The notes under the pieces: generated by a model | What the model saw: the letters and a program-made list of their open reading frames with translations, nothing else | What the model was told of the DNA's origin: nothing | Database searches by the model: none | Shown here: one piece after another, positions 1 to 9,646 of the stretch | Layout: each line of letters opens with the position of its first letter | Position numbering within the stretch: position 1 is the stretch's first letter | From: an uncultured Candidatus Saccharibacteria bacterium | Lineage (GTDB): Bacteria > Patescibacteriota > Minisyncoccia > UBA6257 > 2-01-FULL-56-20 | Length of the DNA: 64,000 nt | Reading direction: 5' to 3' | NCBI GenBank assembly: GCA_964361595.1 | Contig: CAYIAX010000003.1 | Span: 6,071 to 70,070 of the forward strand | Translations under genes and position numbers: made by a program

Positions 1-600
1 GTGAGCAAGAGCACCTCGACCGAATTTACTGATTGGCAAAGCGTCGGTTCTGATCATTCTGCCGTACTTCCATTTTCGCATGGCGATTCTTATCGCTTCG
101 GCGTGCGCGCGGTGGCATACGATGGCACGCGATCGGAAATTGCATCATCCACCTGGGAATTTCCCGCTAGTTTTATTGAGCTGCCTTATCAGCTTCTGAA
201 TTCAGAAAAGATCGGGCGGGCAAATGGCCCCGGGCAAAAAATACATATGCAAAACACCGCCACCATAAACGGAGTTTTAATGTGGGTTGGCAACGACGGA
301 GGCAAGTATTGCTGTTCGTACAGCTATATGCAGATCTTTGGCGATGTCGAAGGCGCCCGGGGCGAGCTGATTGCCTCAAGCACCGTAACCGGCGTCGGCC
401 CCATTCCTTCGCAAGAACTTCTTTACGAATTGCCCCCAAGCTTGCTTGAGGCGGGAAAAGATTATTGGCTGGCGCCGACTTGGACCGATGCCACAAACGG
501 AACCGTGATTTGGGGCGGAAGCGGTGGTTCTTATCTCGACGGTTTTTGGTCCGCCGATCCCAGTATGGACGCCTACTTCGTGCTGCGGCAAGCGCCGTAA
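1..600 (+). CDS. C-terminal part of a surface/secreted protein with a fibronectin type III-like segment (5' truncated by window edge)
   Basis: Open frame to TAA at 598-600; 'YRFGVRAVAYDGTRS' resembles the FN3 C-terminal strand motif. Confidence 0.55.
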   Translation: MSKSTSTEFTDWQSVGSDHSAVLPFSHGDSYRFGVRAVAYDGTRSEIASSTWEFPASFIELPYQLLNSEKIGRANGPGQKIHMQNTATINGVLMWVGNDGGKYCCSYSYMQIFGDVEGARGELIASSTVTGVGPIPSQELLYELPPSLLEAGKDYWLAPTWTDATNGTVIWGGSGGSYLDGFWSADPSMDAYFVLRQAP

Positions 601-621
601 AAAATAGTGTCCTTAATGAAT

Positions 622-663
622 GTTGGTAAAGTTAAGGTACATATGTCCTATAACTTTACCAGC
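622..663. repeat. Imperfect intergenic palindrome, family B (TG.TAAAGTTA...CATATG...TAACTTTA.CA)
   Basis: TGGTAAAGTTA (624-634) / TAACTTTACCA (651-661) around a CATATG centre; similar to 60910-60951. Confidence 0.8.
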
Positions 664-769
664 TGATAATACATGAAAAACAATACGGAGCAGGATGGGG
701 GCAGTACAGGAATGAAAAAACCGATCGCCAGGGGCGACCGGTAAGGGGTGGTGCATTTTTACGGGAACG

Positions 770-789
770 AAAAAAGCCCCCGAAGGAGC
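770..789 (-). terminator. Rho-independent terminator
   Basis: Minus strand GCTCC-TTCG-GGGGC followed by TTTTTT, just after the 796-936 ORF. Confidence 0.7.
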
Positions 790-795
790 AAGATG

Positions 796-936
796 TTATC
801 GCCTCACCGTTGCGGCGTAGACGATGGCAAAGAAGAGCAACGTAAAACCGTATTTGTCCCGGCCCAGGTTAGCGGCCTGCCGCAGGAGCAACCCGGGAGG
901 CGTGCCTGCGCGCAAAGCTTTGAGAATTTCATTCAC
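796..936 (-). CDS. Small 46-aa protein with hydrophobic C-terminus (not in the ORF track)
   Basis: GTG start with AGAAAGGA upstream; MNEILKALRAGTPPGLLLRQAANLGRDKYGFTLLFFAIVYAATVRR*; followed by a terminator. Confidence 0.5.
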   Translation of the reverse strand: MNEILKALRAGTPPGLLLRQAANLGRDKYGFTLLFFAIVYAATVRR

Positions 937-1082
937 CGTAAATTCCTTTCTTCGGGACCCTCAAAGAACGTAGGCTTATTATATCACATAATTCCGAAAA
1001 ATGGAAACGATGGAAAGAGAAACTAAGCCGGTGGATAACTTTTTTCGGGAAACCATTATGATAAAAGCAGAAGGGAGATCTC

Positions 1083-1310
1083 ATGGAAGCTCCCGTGATC
1101 ATTTCACTCGAGGAGCCAGCAGCTCTCGGGTGGCCGGAGCTGTTTGGTTGGCATTGCCCGAGGTGCAACGAAACACCTCGCCACCACCCGGCCAAGCTGA
1201 ATTTTTGGTATTGCCGGCATTGCCAGGTCGGCACTTATGATGGTGGAAGGTATTTCACCTGGCGAGAGCCGATCTTGCCGTCGCAGGCTGCTGCCGCCTC
1301 AACATCCTAG
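1083..1310 (+). CDS. Small zinc-ribbon protein
   Basis: CPRC...CRHC pairs; AAGGGAG upstream; terminator directly after. Confidence 0.6.
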   Translation: MEAPVIISLEEPAALGWPELFGWHCPRCNETPRHHPAKLNFWYCRHCQVGTYDGGRYFTWREPILPSQAAAASTS

Positions 1311-1332
1311 GAGACCTTCGGGCCTCCTTTTT
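1310..1332 (+). terminator. Rho-independent terminator
   Basis: GGAGACC-TTCG-GGCCTCC-TTTTT. Confidence 0.65.
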
Positions 1333-1372
1333 CTCGCCAAATCTCGGCAAGCAGAGTATAAGTAAAATAAGA

Positions 1373-1927
1373 ATGGAAATTCGCCTTATTCTCCACGATA
1401 TCAGAAGTTTGCATAACGTCGGCTCGATTTTCCGCACGGCGGATGCGGCCGGAGTCGAAAAAGTTTACCTCTGCGGCATCACGCCCGCGCCCCTGGATCG
1501 CTTCGGCGACGTCCGGCCGCGGTTCGGCAAAGTGGCCCTGGGGGCGGAAAAGTACGTTCAATGGGAAAAGGCCGCGCTGACGCGGCGTGTGATTGATAAG
1601 TTGAAAAGCGAAGGCTGCAGAATTTTTGCCGTCGAGCAGAGCAAAAGCTCAATCCCGTATGACAAAGTTCGGGGCGTCGGCCTAAATGCAGGAACTCGAA
1701 TTGCGTTGATTTTCGGCAACGAAACAAAAGGCCTGCCGCAGTCGGTTCTCGCACAGGCCGATAAAATTCTGGAAATTCCGATGCGGGGAGCGGTGGTTCG
1801 TGAAGCCCGCCATCCCCGGCGCCGCGGCCGGGGAAAAGAATCGTTGAACGTGAGCGTCGCGGTGGGGATTGTAACGTTTGGGTTGCTTCCGGCGAGCACA
1901 AAAAGTAAAAAGGGGAGCAGGGCGTGA
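1373..1927 (+). CDS. TrmH/SpoU-family RNA methyltransferase with a 15-aa in-frame insert
   Basis: 'IRSLHNVGSIFRTADA', 'FGNETKGL', 'IPMRG...KESLNVSVA' SPOUT motifs. Confidence 0.9.
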   Translation: MEIRLILHDIRSLHNVGSIFRTADAAGVEKVYLCGITPAPLDRFGDVRPRFGKVALGAEKYVQWEKAALTRRVIDKLKSEGCRIFAVEQSKSSIPYDKVRGVGLNAGTRIALIFGNETKGLPQSVLAQADKILEIPMRGAVVREARHPRRRGRGKESLNVSVAVGIVTFGLLPASTKSKKGSRA

Positions 1928-2097
1928 TCGGGCGCCCTTACTCCCTGTGTCCGCGGTTCAGACGGGAGGGCTGACGTGGGGAACAAGGTATCCCCCAAAT
2001 TCCCTCCTTGATACTCGCGGACAGCATTTTAAAGATAGGGTGTTCATAGAATTTGTCAATTCGGGCGGCTCGCGGGCTGTTCAAAATAAATGGCGCG

Positions 2098-2121
2098 AAA
2101 AAAGGAAGCCCGCAGGCTTCC
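2098..2121 (-). terminator. Rho-independent terminator of the ECF sigma gene
   Basis: Minus strand GGAAGCC-TGCG-GGCTTCC-TTTTTT. Confidence 0.75.
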
Positions 2122-2137
2122 TGGATGTCTAGTTTAA

Positions 2138-2743
2138 CTAATAACTAATGGCAAGCCAAGCTCGTTGGGCCGAGCGCGGCAGTTTCTCGCGGAGACGGAA
2201 GAATTTTGTCCTGACGGCGTTCTCAAGGAGGCCGAGGGCTTCGGCGATCTCCCGCATCTCATATCCCTCCGCCCGCAACTCTACCATCAAGAGTTCTTGG
2301 GGGGACAACCGCTTGGCCACGTCTTGCCAAATCTCCCGGGCCGCAAACTCTTGCTCCGGCGACGGAGCGGTCAAAACCTCTGACAATCTTGACCGACCGT
2401 TGCCATCCCCTTGTTCAAGGACCTGCGAGAGGTCATCGTGCAGGAGCGAGCGCCGCGCCTTACGCCTCCGCAAGATGTCAAGCGCAGCGTTCTGGGCAAT
2501 GTGGTAAACCCAGGTTGTTGGCCTGGACTCCTGCCGGAAATTCGGCAGGTTCTTGAATACGAGCTCAAGCGCGTTTTGGGTAGCGTCTTCCGCGTCGGAC
2601 GGATTGCGCAGGATGCGCGAGCAAGCCGCGGTAATGAGCGGCAGGAACTCGCGCACAAAGGCCTCCCAGAATTCCGGCGAACACCGGAGCTCTTCCAAGG
2701 GCTCCGAGCGCATAGCCGTCCCACTCTTCGAATTTTTTCTCAT
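2138..2743 (-). CDS. ECF-type RNA polymerase sigma-70 factor
   Basis: Region 2 'DAEDATQ...F..W...IAQN.ALD' and region 4 HTH 'EIAEALGL..NAVRT...R'. Confidence 0.88.
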   Translation of the reverse strand: MRKNSKSGTAMRSEPLEELRCSPEFWEAFVREFLPLITAACSRILRNPSDAEDATQNALELVFKNLPNFRQESRPTTWVYHIAQNAALDILRRRKARRSLLHDDLSQVLEQGDGNGRSRLSEVLTAPSPEQEFAAREIWQDVAKRLSPQELLMVELRAEGYEMREIAEALGLLENAVRTKFFRLREKLPRSAQRAWLAISY

Positions 2744-2848
2744 CGTTGCCTCCCTCGGCGACCTTGCTATTTTTAAGATAATAATTTTTTGAAATTTGTG
2801 TCAATGTTGATATGTTAAAGGCTCGTCCAAAGCTGTATAATTCAACCT

Positions 2849-3316
2849 ATGGGCAAATATTCCGTGCTTATCATTCTTTTCGTCATCGCCGCCGCGGCCG
2901 CCGCTTATTTTTTTTGGGGCATGTCGCGGCCGCAGACTTACCGCAAGGCAACGGTAAATCTTAAAGACGCAATTTTTAAAGTTGATGTGGCAGAAACGAT
3001 GGCGGCGCGAACGCAGGGGCTTTCCGGACGGCCGGGTTTGAGCGAAGGCGAAGGCATGCTGTTTATTTTTCCCGATTACGGCATGCAGGGATTCTGGATG
3101 AAGGACATGCTTTTCCCGATCGATATCATTTGGATTAAAGATGACGCTGTCACGGGGGTGGCGCACAGCGTTTCACCCCAGGCCGAAAAAAGCATTTTTA
3201 ATCTGGATGTTTTTTATCCGCCCGAGCCCATAAACCGCGTGCTCGAAGTCAGGGCCGGCACCGCCGAGCGCTTGGGCCTCAAGGCCGGTGATCGGGTCAT
3301 AGTGGAGATGGAGTAA
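2849..3316 (+). CDS. DUF192-family protein with N-terminal membrane anchor
   Basis: 'GLSGR...GMLFIF...FWMKDMLFPIDIIW...VLEV.AG'. Confidence 0.88.
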   Translation: MGKYSVLIILFVIAAAAAAYFFWGMSRPQTYRKATVNLKDAIFKVDVAETMAARTQGLSGRPGLSEGEGMLFIFPDYGMQGFWMKDMLFPIDIIWIKDDAVTGVAHSVSPQAEKSIFNLDVFYPPEPINRVLEVRAGTAERLGLKAGDRVIVEME

Positions 3317-3334
3317 TTCGCCTATAATGTAAAT

Positions 3335-4390
3335 ATGAAACCAGTCAAAGTTGCCATCAACGGTTTTGGCCGTATCGGACGTTTGCTTTTACGCCAGCTT
3401 GTCGCCTTGCCGAGTTTCCGCAAAAGCGAACCGGGCGCAATCGAGATCGTGGCTGTAAATGATTTGGGCAATCTGGAAAATCTTGCTTACTTATTGAAAT
3501 ACGACAGTGTCTATGGATGTTTCCCCGGCAGCGTGAAGTTCGACACCGCAAACTCAATACTCGATGTGGACGGCAAGCAGATAAAATTTTTGCAGATTAA
3601 AGATCCCGCAAGTTTGCCCTGGAAAGATCTGGATATTGATATTGCCGTCGAGGCCACCGGCCTTTTTGAATCGTACGAAAAAGCGAAAGTGCACCTTGTC
3701 TCCGGCGCCAAGCGCGTGGTGATCACTGCGCCTGCTAAGGATGACGATTTCGCAAATGGCAAAACCGTCTTGATGGGCGTAAACGAGGACGATTTGAAAA
3801 CCACGGTGCTTTCCTCGAACGGCTCCTGCACGACGAATGCGGCCTCGCCGGTGATCCAAGTGCTTTCCGAAAATCCGGGTATAGTTAAAGCAGTTTTAAA
3901 CACAGTGCATGGTTATACAGCCACGCAAAATTTGGTGGACGGGCCCGTGAAGGGCGGCCAGGATTTCCGGCGCGGGCGGGCGGCCGCTCACAGCATTGTG
4001 CCTTCGACAACCGGCGCCGCGATCGCGGTTACGCGCGCGATCAAGGATCTAGAAAATAAATTCGACGGAGTTTCCCTGCGCGTGCCGGTGATCGCTGGTT
4101 CCATCGCCGACATCACTTTTTTAGCCAAGCGCCCGGTAACGGCGGAAGAAATAAACGATATTTTGCGCAAAGCCGCTCAAACAGAACGCTGGCAGGGGAT
4201 TTTAGCCGTAACCGAAGACCAAGTCGTCTCGGCCGACATGATCGGCGTGCCTTATGGCGCCGTCGTGGATTTGAATTTCACGAAAGTCGTGGACGGGGAT
4301 CTCGTGAAAGTGCTTTCCTGGTATGACAACGAATACGGATATGCAGCAACTCTTGTGCGCCATCTTGAGGCGGTGGCGCGGAATTTGTGA
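3335..4390 (+). CDS. gap: Glyceraldehyde-3-phosphate dehydrogenase, type I
   Basis: 'AINGFGRIGR', catalytic 'SCTTN', 'WYDNEYGY'. Confidence 0.97.
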   Translation: MKPVKVAINGFGRIGRLLLRQLVALPSFRKSEPGAIEIVAVNDLGNLENLAYLLKYDSVYGCFPGSVKFDTANSILDVDGKQIKFLQIKDPASLPWKDLDIDIAVEATGLFESYEKAKVHLVSGAKRVVITAPAKDDDFANGKTVLMGVNEDDLKTTVLSSNGSCTTNAASPVIQVLSENPGIVKAVLNTVHGYTATQNLVDGPVKGGQDFRRGRAAAHSIVPSTTGAAIAVTRAIKDLENKFDGVSLRVPVIAGSIADITFLAKRPVTAEEINDILRKAAQTERWQGILAVTEDQVVSADMIGVPYGAVVDLNFTKVVDGDLVKVLSWYDNEYGYAATLVRHLEAVARNL

Positions 4391-5409
4391 GAAGCGTTTA
4401 TTATTCTTTAGTCGCGTTCGCTCTGATTGGCTGCTTTGTTTTTTGGGTATTTTTCACTTACAAGGAGATTTATCTTGCTTATGAGCGGGCAATTCAAAGT
4501 TCTATTCAAGCCAGTATCGTTAAGACACGACTCGCCGATACGTTAGTTAATCAAAAGCGGGAACTTAAACTGGCTTTCGTTGGCGACATTATGCTTTCGC
4601 GCGAAGTGGGAGATATCATGCTCCGCGAGAACGATTTTGCATATCCCTTCCGCGAGACCGCAGAGGCGCTCGCGGGCTACGATCTCACATTCGGCAATCT
4701 CGAAGGCCCAATTTCCGCGCACGGCAGAAACCAGGGGAGCATCTATTCTTTCCGCGCCGACCCGCGAGTGGTGGAGGGACTCGCGGCCGCTGGCTTCAAT
4801 GTTTTATCGCTCGCCAATAACCATATTTGGGATTGGGGCCGTGACGCGCTTGCGGATACGGTCACGCTTTTAGGGGAAAAGAACATCGCGACCGTAGGCG
4901 CGGGCAGAAACGAAGCAGAAGCGAATGCGCCGGCAATCCTCCGCGTCGGCGATGTGCGTGTCGGTTTTTTGGCATACACCGATCTTTATCCCTCGGGTCT
5001 TATCGCGCACGGCGAATTGCCAGGCATAAGCGATTTTTCGCTCGCTAAAGCTACGCAAGCCGTGGCGGATTTAAAGCGCAATGCGGATATTGTTGTCGTC
5101 TCTTTTCATTGGGGCGATGAGTATAAAACTAAAGCGAGTGCGAACCAGCGGAAAATCGCGCATGCCTTAATTGACGCCGGCGCGGATATAATCGCCGGCC
5201 ATCATCCGCATGTGGTGGAAGAAACGGAGCAACATAAGAATGGCTGGATTGCCTACAGCTTGGGAAATTTCATTTTTGACATGACGCGGGCCGGCACGAC
5301 GGAAGGGCTTTTACTTGAAGTTACAGTTAATAATAAATCCGTGAAAAGCGTGACCGTAAGAAAAGTCCGCATAACCATGCCGGATTACATACCCGTGATA
5401 GCGGATTAA
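4387..5409 (+). CDS. CapA/PgsA-family metallophosphoesterase with N-terminal TM helix
   Basis: 'VGDIML', 'NLEG', 'LANNH..D', 'HWG.EY', 'GHHPHV', 'YSLGNFIF'. Confidence 0.92.
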   Translation: MRSVYYSLVAFALIGCFVFWVFFTYKEIYLAYERAIQSSIQASIVKTRLADTLVNQKRELKLAFVGDIMLSREVGDIMLRENDFAYPFRETAEALAGYDLTFGNLEGPISAHGRNQGSIYSFRADPRVVEGLAAAGFNVLSLANNHIWDWGRDALADTVTLLGEKNIATVGAGRNEAEANAPAILRVGDVRVGFLAYTDLYPSGLIAHGELPGISDFSLAKATQAVADLKRNADIVVVSFHWGDEYKTKASANQRKIAHALIDAGADIIAGHHPHVVEETEQHKNGWIAYSLGNFIFDMTRAGTTEGLLLEVTVNNKSVKSVTVRKVRITMPDYIPVIAD

Positions 5410-5494
5410 CTATATAAATTCGCCAAACATTTTTAGCAACGGGGCGTTTTTGGTTATAAACAGGGCCTTACCCGCGAAGTTGTATAATGAAAGC

Positions 5495-7669
5495 ATGAAG
5501 AAATTTGTCTTCGGCTCCGCGTCGCTTTTGGCGATTTTCGCCATGTCGGCGGTTACGGTCAATGCAACGGAACTGCCTGCATCTTGTTCGGGCACATCCA
5601 CCAGTGATTTAATTTCGTGTCTGGGCGTTTTGAATAGTATCCTTGTAAGTTTACGGGCGCAGTTGGGTTTGGGCGATTATCTAACGGGAGACACGGGAGG
5701 TTTTGTAGATACGAGCACTCCTTTGGCGATTCCCGCAAACTCACTGCCGGGCGCGACTCGGGGCACAAGTTATAGCGCAACCCTGGGAGCCACCGGAGGC
5801 ACTTCGCCTTACACGTGGACCGTTGCCGCGCTGCCAACAGGATTAACCTTTAACGGTGTAAATGGCATCACGGGAACTCCCTCCGCAACCGGCACATTTG
5901 CCGTAGCGGCACGCGTGACGGATGCAAGCGGCGCGAGCGTAAATAAAAATTTGACGTTAATGGTAGCTACACCTGGCCCGGCTGCCGGAGCAACATTTAC
6001 GGTTCAAGCTATTTATGAAGCAGACATAAGCGGGGGCGTCTTGCCGGGGCAGTCGAAAATATTCCGTTACCGCGCTACGCCCACAGGCGGCTTTACGGGG
6101 CCGGTAACTTTTGCGCCATCGGCAGTCAGCAATATTCCTTCGGGAATGAATTACGTTTTTAATCCTGCGAGTTTAACCTTCAGCGGTGAACCGGTTGAAT
6201 TTACACTCACTTTAAGTGTTCCCATAGGGCAAATACCAATTGAGGGCACATTTATTAACTTTCAGTTTGATGCCAAGGGGCCGGGAAATAATCCTGTGCG
6301 GATCTTCGGGGGACTCTTGGGCATAGCGAGTCCGGAGCTGCCGGTCGTGAGCCGCGTGGACATCCTTCCTGCCCTTGGCGCGAATGCAGGCGCGCTTAAG
6401 GGCGGCGATAAGTTTGGCATAAAGTTATATGACCAGAATGGCCAAGTCATAAAAAATGGTTTCCAAGCGGGCGTAAAGAGTGTAGGATTCCAGCCAACAA
6501 TTATTCTAAAAAGCTCGCGCAGCGAAAAAATTTGCGCGAAGTCCACTTTGGGCGGCGTCTTTGCGCGCTCGACTGACGGTTACACGCCGGTCAAATACAA
6601 TTTTTCCTACAGAACCGTAAACGGGGTTTTACAAAATGTATCGACTGAAGATTTGGGCTATTTCGTAGTTACTTACTATCCCTTGAACGCGCTTGCTCCT
6701 GGCGTAACTTCTAATGAAGACCCTTTCGTGCCAGTGGGCAACTGTGGCGGTACTGAATTTTCAGTTGACCAGGCGATGCTGGGCGGCACTGTGTCTTGGC
6801 AAACAGAAGTTGCAGGTATTTCGAAAACAATGGTGGCAACTGCGAAAACATTAAACCAGCGCTTGTTCACAGTGGCTCCCGGAACCGAACTTTCCACTAA
6901 CAATACGAACCCGTTTGGCTTAAGAATCGTGGGACCGGCTTATGTCGTGCCGGGAGAACCCCAACAGATCAGGATTTTTAACGCGAATATTTCCACCAGC
7001 ACGCCGGTAAAAATCTCTTACCCAAATTTACCTGCGGGCCTGACAGCCTCGCTGGGTTTCAACGTGTTAGACACTTTAACTGCGGCTAAGCCTACGAGTT
7101 ACTACAACCTCAATTCTTCTCCAACTACCGCCGCTGGCGATAAGACAGTAACGATTAGGGCCGAAGGCGGCGGTGTAACCAAAGACTATGCGTTGAACGT
7201 AAAGGCGCCGGTTTGCCGAGGCGAACCGACCACGGTGAGCAGCGGCGGCACTGTGAATATAAAAACTTGTTTTGCTGATGCAAATTCGCGGGTTCCCCTG
7301 GGTTATGAAATAGATTACAGCGGCATCTTGCGCAGTTCTAATCTGGCCGTTTATGCGATTGAAGGGGATACGCCGTCAGAATGGAGGGATATTTTCCGGG
7401 GTGCCGCCCGTTTCAAATACCTTTTAAGCTCGCCGATCGTTACCAAGCCCACTGGTATAATTGCCCAAGGCAGTTTCTATTATTGGATCGCCACTCCGCC
7501 GGATGGTCAGCCGTTCGCTTCAAATTATTACCTGGTTGCGACAATCTTTGACGACGAAACAGGAGCTTTACTGGGGGAAGACACTGGTGAAGTTGTGGCC
7601 TGGCCGCACGCAGCCCCGCCGGCAAACTGGCAGGAGATCGGGGATTGGAAGGTTTTCAGGAATTACTAA
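5495..7669 (+). CDS. Secreted/surface protein with Ig-like (putative Ig) domains
   Basis: Signal peptide from MKKFVFG; 'LPGATRGTSYSATL.ATGGTSPYTW...LPTGL...GITGTP' Ig-like repeat; Thr/Gly-rich. Confidence 0.75.
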   Translation: MKKFVFGSASLLAIFAMSAVTVNATELPASCSGTSTSDLISCLGVLNSILVSLRAQLGLGDYLTGDTGGFVDTSTPLAIPANSLPGATRGTSYSATLGATGGTSPYTWTVAALPTGLTFNGVNGITGTPSATGTFAVAARVTDASGASVNKNLTLMVATPGPAAGATFTVQAIYEADISGGVLPGQSKIFRYRATPTGGFTGPVTFAPSAVSNIPSGMNYVFNPASLTFSGEPVEFTLTLSVPIGQIPIEGTFINFQFDAKGPGNNPVRIFGGLLGIASPELPVVSRVDILPALGANAGALKGGDKFGIKLYDQNGQVIKNGFQAGVKSVGFQPTIILKSSRSEKICAKSTLGGVFARSTDGYTPVKYNFSYRTVNGVLQNVSTEDLGYFVVTYYPLNALAPGVTSNEDPFVPVGNCGGTEFSVDQAMLGGTVSWQTEVAGISKTMVATAKTLNQRLFTVAPGTELSTNNTNPFGLRIVGPAYVVPGEPQQIRIFNANISTSTPVKISYPNLPAGLTASLGFNVLDTLTAAKPTSYYNLNSSPTTAAGDKTVTIRAEGGGVTKDYALNVKAPVCRGEPTTVSSGGTVNIKTCFADANSRVPLGYEIDYSGILRSSNLAVYAIEGDTPSEWRDIFRGAARFKYLLSSPIVTKPTGIIAQGSFYYWIATPPDGQPFASNYYLVATIFDDETGALLGEDTGEVVAWPHAAPPANWQEIGDWKVFRNY

Positions 7670-7683
7670 CCTATCACAAATGC

Positions 7684-8136
7684 ATGATTATTTATTTAGG
7701 AGCCGATCATCGCGGCTTCGCTCTAAAGGAGGAGATCGAAAAATTCCTGCGCGGTGAAGGTTATGAAGTGGGGGATTTAGGCGACGAGGTTTATAACGCG
7801 GAGGACGACTTTCCCTATTTTTCCGCGCCCGTGGCAAAAAAAGTGAGCGAAGATCCGATAAATTCACGCGGGATTGTCGTCTGCGGTTCGGGCGTGGGCG
7901 TCATGATCGTGGCCAACAAATTCAAAGGCGTACGCGCGGCGACCGGAATGTCGCCCGATCATGTCCACGCCGCGCGGCACGATGAAGATATAAATGTGCT
8001 TGCCTTGGCCGCGGACTTTACCGACCAAGAAACGGCCAAAAAAATGGTGACGGTATTTTTAACGACGCCTTTCGGAGGCGACGAGCGCTACCGCCGACGC
8101 CTCGATGAAATAAATTCGCTCGAGCACAATGCTTGA
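7684..8136 (+). CDS. rpiB: Ribose-5-phosphate isomerase B
   Basis: 'IYLGADHRGFALKE', 'CGSGVG', 'ANKFKGVRAA'. Confidence 0.95.
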   Translation: MIIYLGADHRGFALKEEIEKFLRGEGYEVGDLGDEVYNAEDDFPYFSAPVAKKVSEDPINSRGIVVCGSGVGVMIVANKFKGVRAATGMSPDHVHAARHDEDINVLALAADFTDQETAKKMVTVFLTTPFGGDERYRRRLDEINSLEHNA

Positions 8137-8776
8137 GGTTTTGCCGGTTGTAAATTGTCCCTACGGAGACGACGACTGTGCTCTGGCCAAACTTGCCAAG
8201 ATCGAAAAATTTTCTAAATGGATTCACCTGGACGTGGCCGACGGAATTTTTACTTTCAACAAAAGCTGGGGCAGTCCGGCGGCCTGGCAAAAACTGCATT
8301 CGCCGTTGAAGCTCGAAGTTCATCTGATGTTTGCGGAGCCCGAGACGCAAGTCGAAGCTTGGCTTAAGGCGGGCGCCAAGCGGATCGTGGTTCATGCGGA
8401 GGCGCTCGAGAAAAGCGGCAGCGCTGATTTCATTCTCAAAAAATGCGCTTTGCATAAGGCAACTCCGATTTTGGCCTTGAATCCGGAAACCACCTTGGAG
8501 ATGGCAGAGCCGTTACTCGCGCTTTTCCAAGATTTCCAGGTATTTGCGCAAGCGCACCCCGGACCCGCCGGCCAGCCCTTCCTCATAAATGTTCTACCTA
8601 AAATGAAAATGCTGCGCGCGCGTTTCCCTGATGCTATAATTGAAGTCGACGGCGGCATTGTGCCCGAGACGGCGGCAAAGGTGCACGCCTCGGGCGCCGA
8701 TACCGTCGTTTCCGGTTCCTATATTTTTAAAAGTGATGATCCGAAGCAGGCGTATGAAGCGCTAAAACGAAGCTAA
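8129..8776 (+). CDS. rpe: Ribulose-phosphate 3-epimerase
   Basis: 'IHLDVADG', 'EVHLM', 'IEVDGGI', 'VSGSYIF'. Confidence 0.92.
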   Translation: MLEVLPVVNCPYGDDDCALAKLAKIEKFSKWIHLDVADGIFTFNKSWGSPAAWQKLHSPLKLEVHLMFAEPETQVEAWLKAGAKRIVVHAEALEKSGSADFILKKCALHKATPILALNPETTLEMAEPLLALFQDFQVFAQAHPGPAGQPFLINVLPKMKMLRARFPDAIIEVDGGIVPETAAKVHASGADTVVSGSYIFKSDDPKQAYEALKRS

Positions 8777-8785
8777 ACTAAAACT

Positions 8786-9646
8786 ATGGAAGGACTGCAT
8801 GAAAAAAAGATCCAATTTTTAGAAACAATGGCGAATACGCTCCGCGAAGACGTGATCCGCATGGTTAAAGGCGCGGGCTCTGGTCACATTGCGGGGCCCT
8901 TGGCGATGGCCGATATTTTCGCCGTCATGTATTTCCATGTTTTGCGCCATAATCCCAAGCGTCCCGGCTGGGGCGAGCGCGATCGCCTGGTCCTGTCGAA
9001 TGGCCATATCTGCCCCGTGCTTTATGCCGCGCTTGCGCGTTCAGGTTATTTTCCCGTGGAAGAGTTGAAAACTCTGCGTCAGCTGGGCACGCGGCTGCAG
9101 GGCCATCCGCACAGGAAGGTTTTGCCGGGCGTCGAAACCACTTCCGGTCCTTTGGGTTCGGGCTTGTCGCAGGCTATCGGCATGAGCTTAGCCGCCGGGC
9201 TTGACCATAAGAAGTACCGCATTTATTGCCTGATGTCAGACGGCGAACACCAGGAAGGAAATCTATGGGAAGCGGTTATGTTTGCGGGAAAGAATCAACT
9301 AAGCAACATCACGGCCGTCATCGACCGCAACAACATCCAAATCGACGGGTTCACGGAAAATGTAATGCCGTTGGAGCCGCTGCGGGCAAAATATGAAGCT
9401 TTCAATTGGCATGTGCTCGAAGTGAATGGGCATGATGTGCGCGATTTTGTCTCTGCCATTGCCGAAGCGCGAGCCATTTATGAAAAGCCAACCGTTATTA
9501 TCGCTCACACGATCGCAGGCCGAGGAGTAAGTTTTATGGAAAAAGATTTTCTCTGGCATAGCAAGCCTTTCAAGTCCGGTGAAGCGGAAGCCGCCTTGAA
9601 TGAGTTAAGGACTTTAGGAGGGAAGATCAAGAGCGAGCATCAATAG
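8786..9646 (+). CDS. tkt: Transketolase, N-terminal (TPP-binding) subunit
   Basis: 'GSGHIAG', 'LSNGH', 'LQGHP', 'SDGEHQEG..WEA', 'DRNNIQIDG'. Confidence 0.95.
   Translation: MEGLHEKKIQFLETMANTLREDVIRMVKGAGSGHIAGPLAMADIFAVMYFHVLRHNPKRPGWGERDRLVLSNGHICPVLYAALARSGYFPVEELKTLRQLGTRLQGHPHRKVLPGVETTSGPLGSGLSQAIGMSLAAGLDHKKYRIYCLMSDGEHQEGNLWEAVMFAGKNQLSNITAVIDRNNIQIDGFTENVMPLEPLRAKYEAFNWHVLEVNGHDVRDFVSAIAEARAIYEKPTVIIAHTIAGRGVSFMEKDFLWHSKPFKSGEAEAALNELRTLGGKIKSEHQ

Noticed and set aside
1030-1039. DnaA-box-like GTGGATAAC as a replication origin
   Set aside because: A single imperfect box, with no box cluster or dnaA/dnaN nearby.
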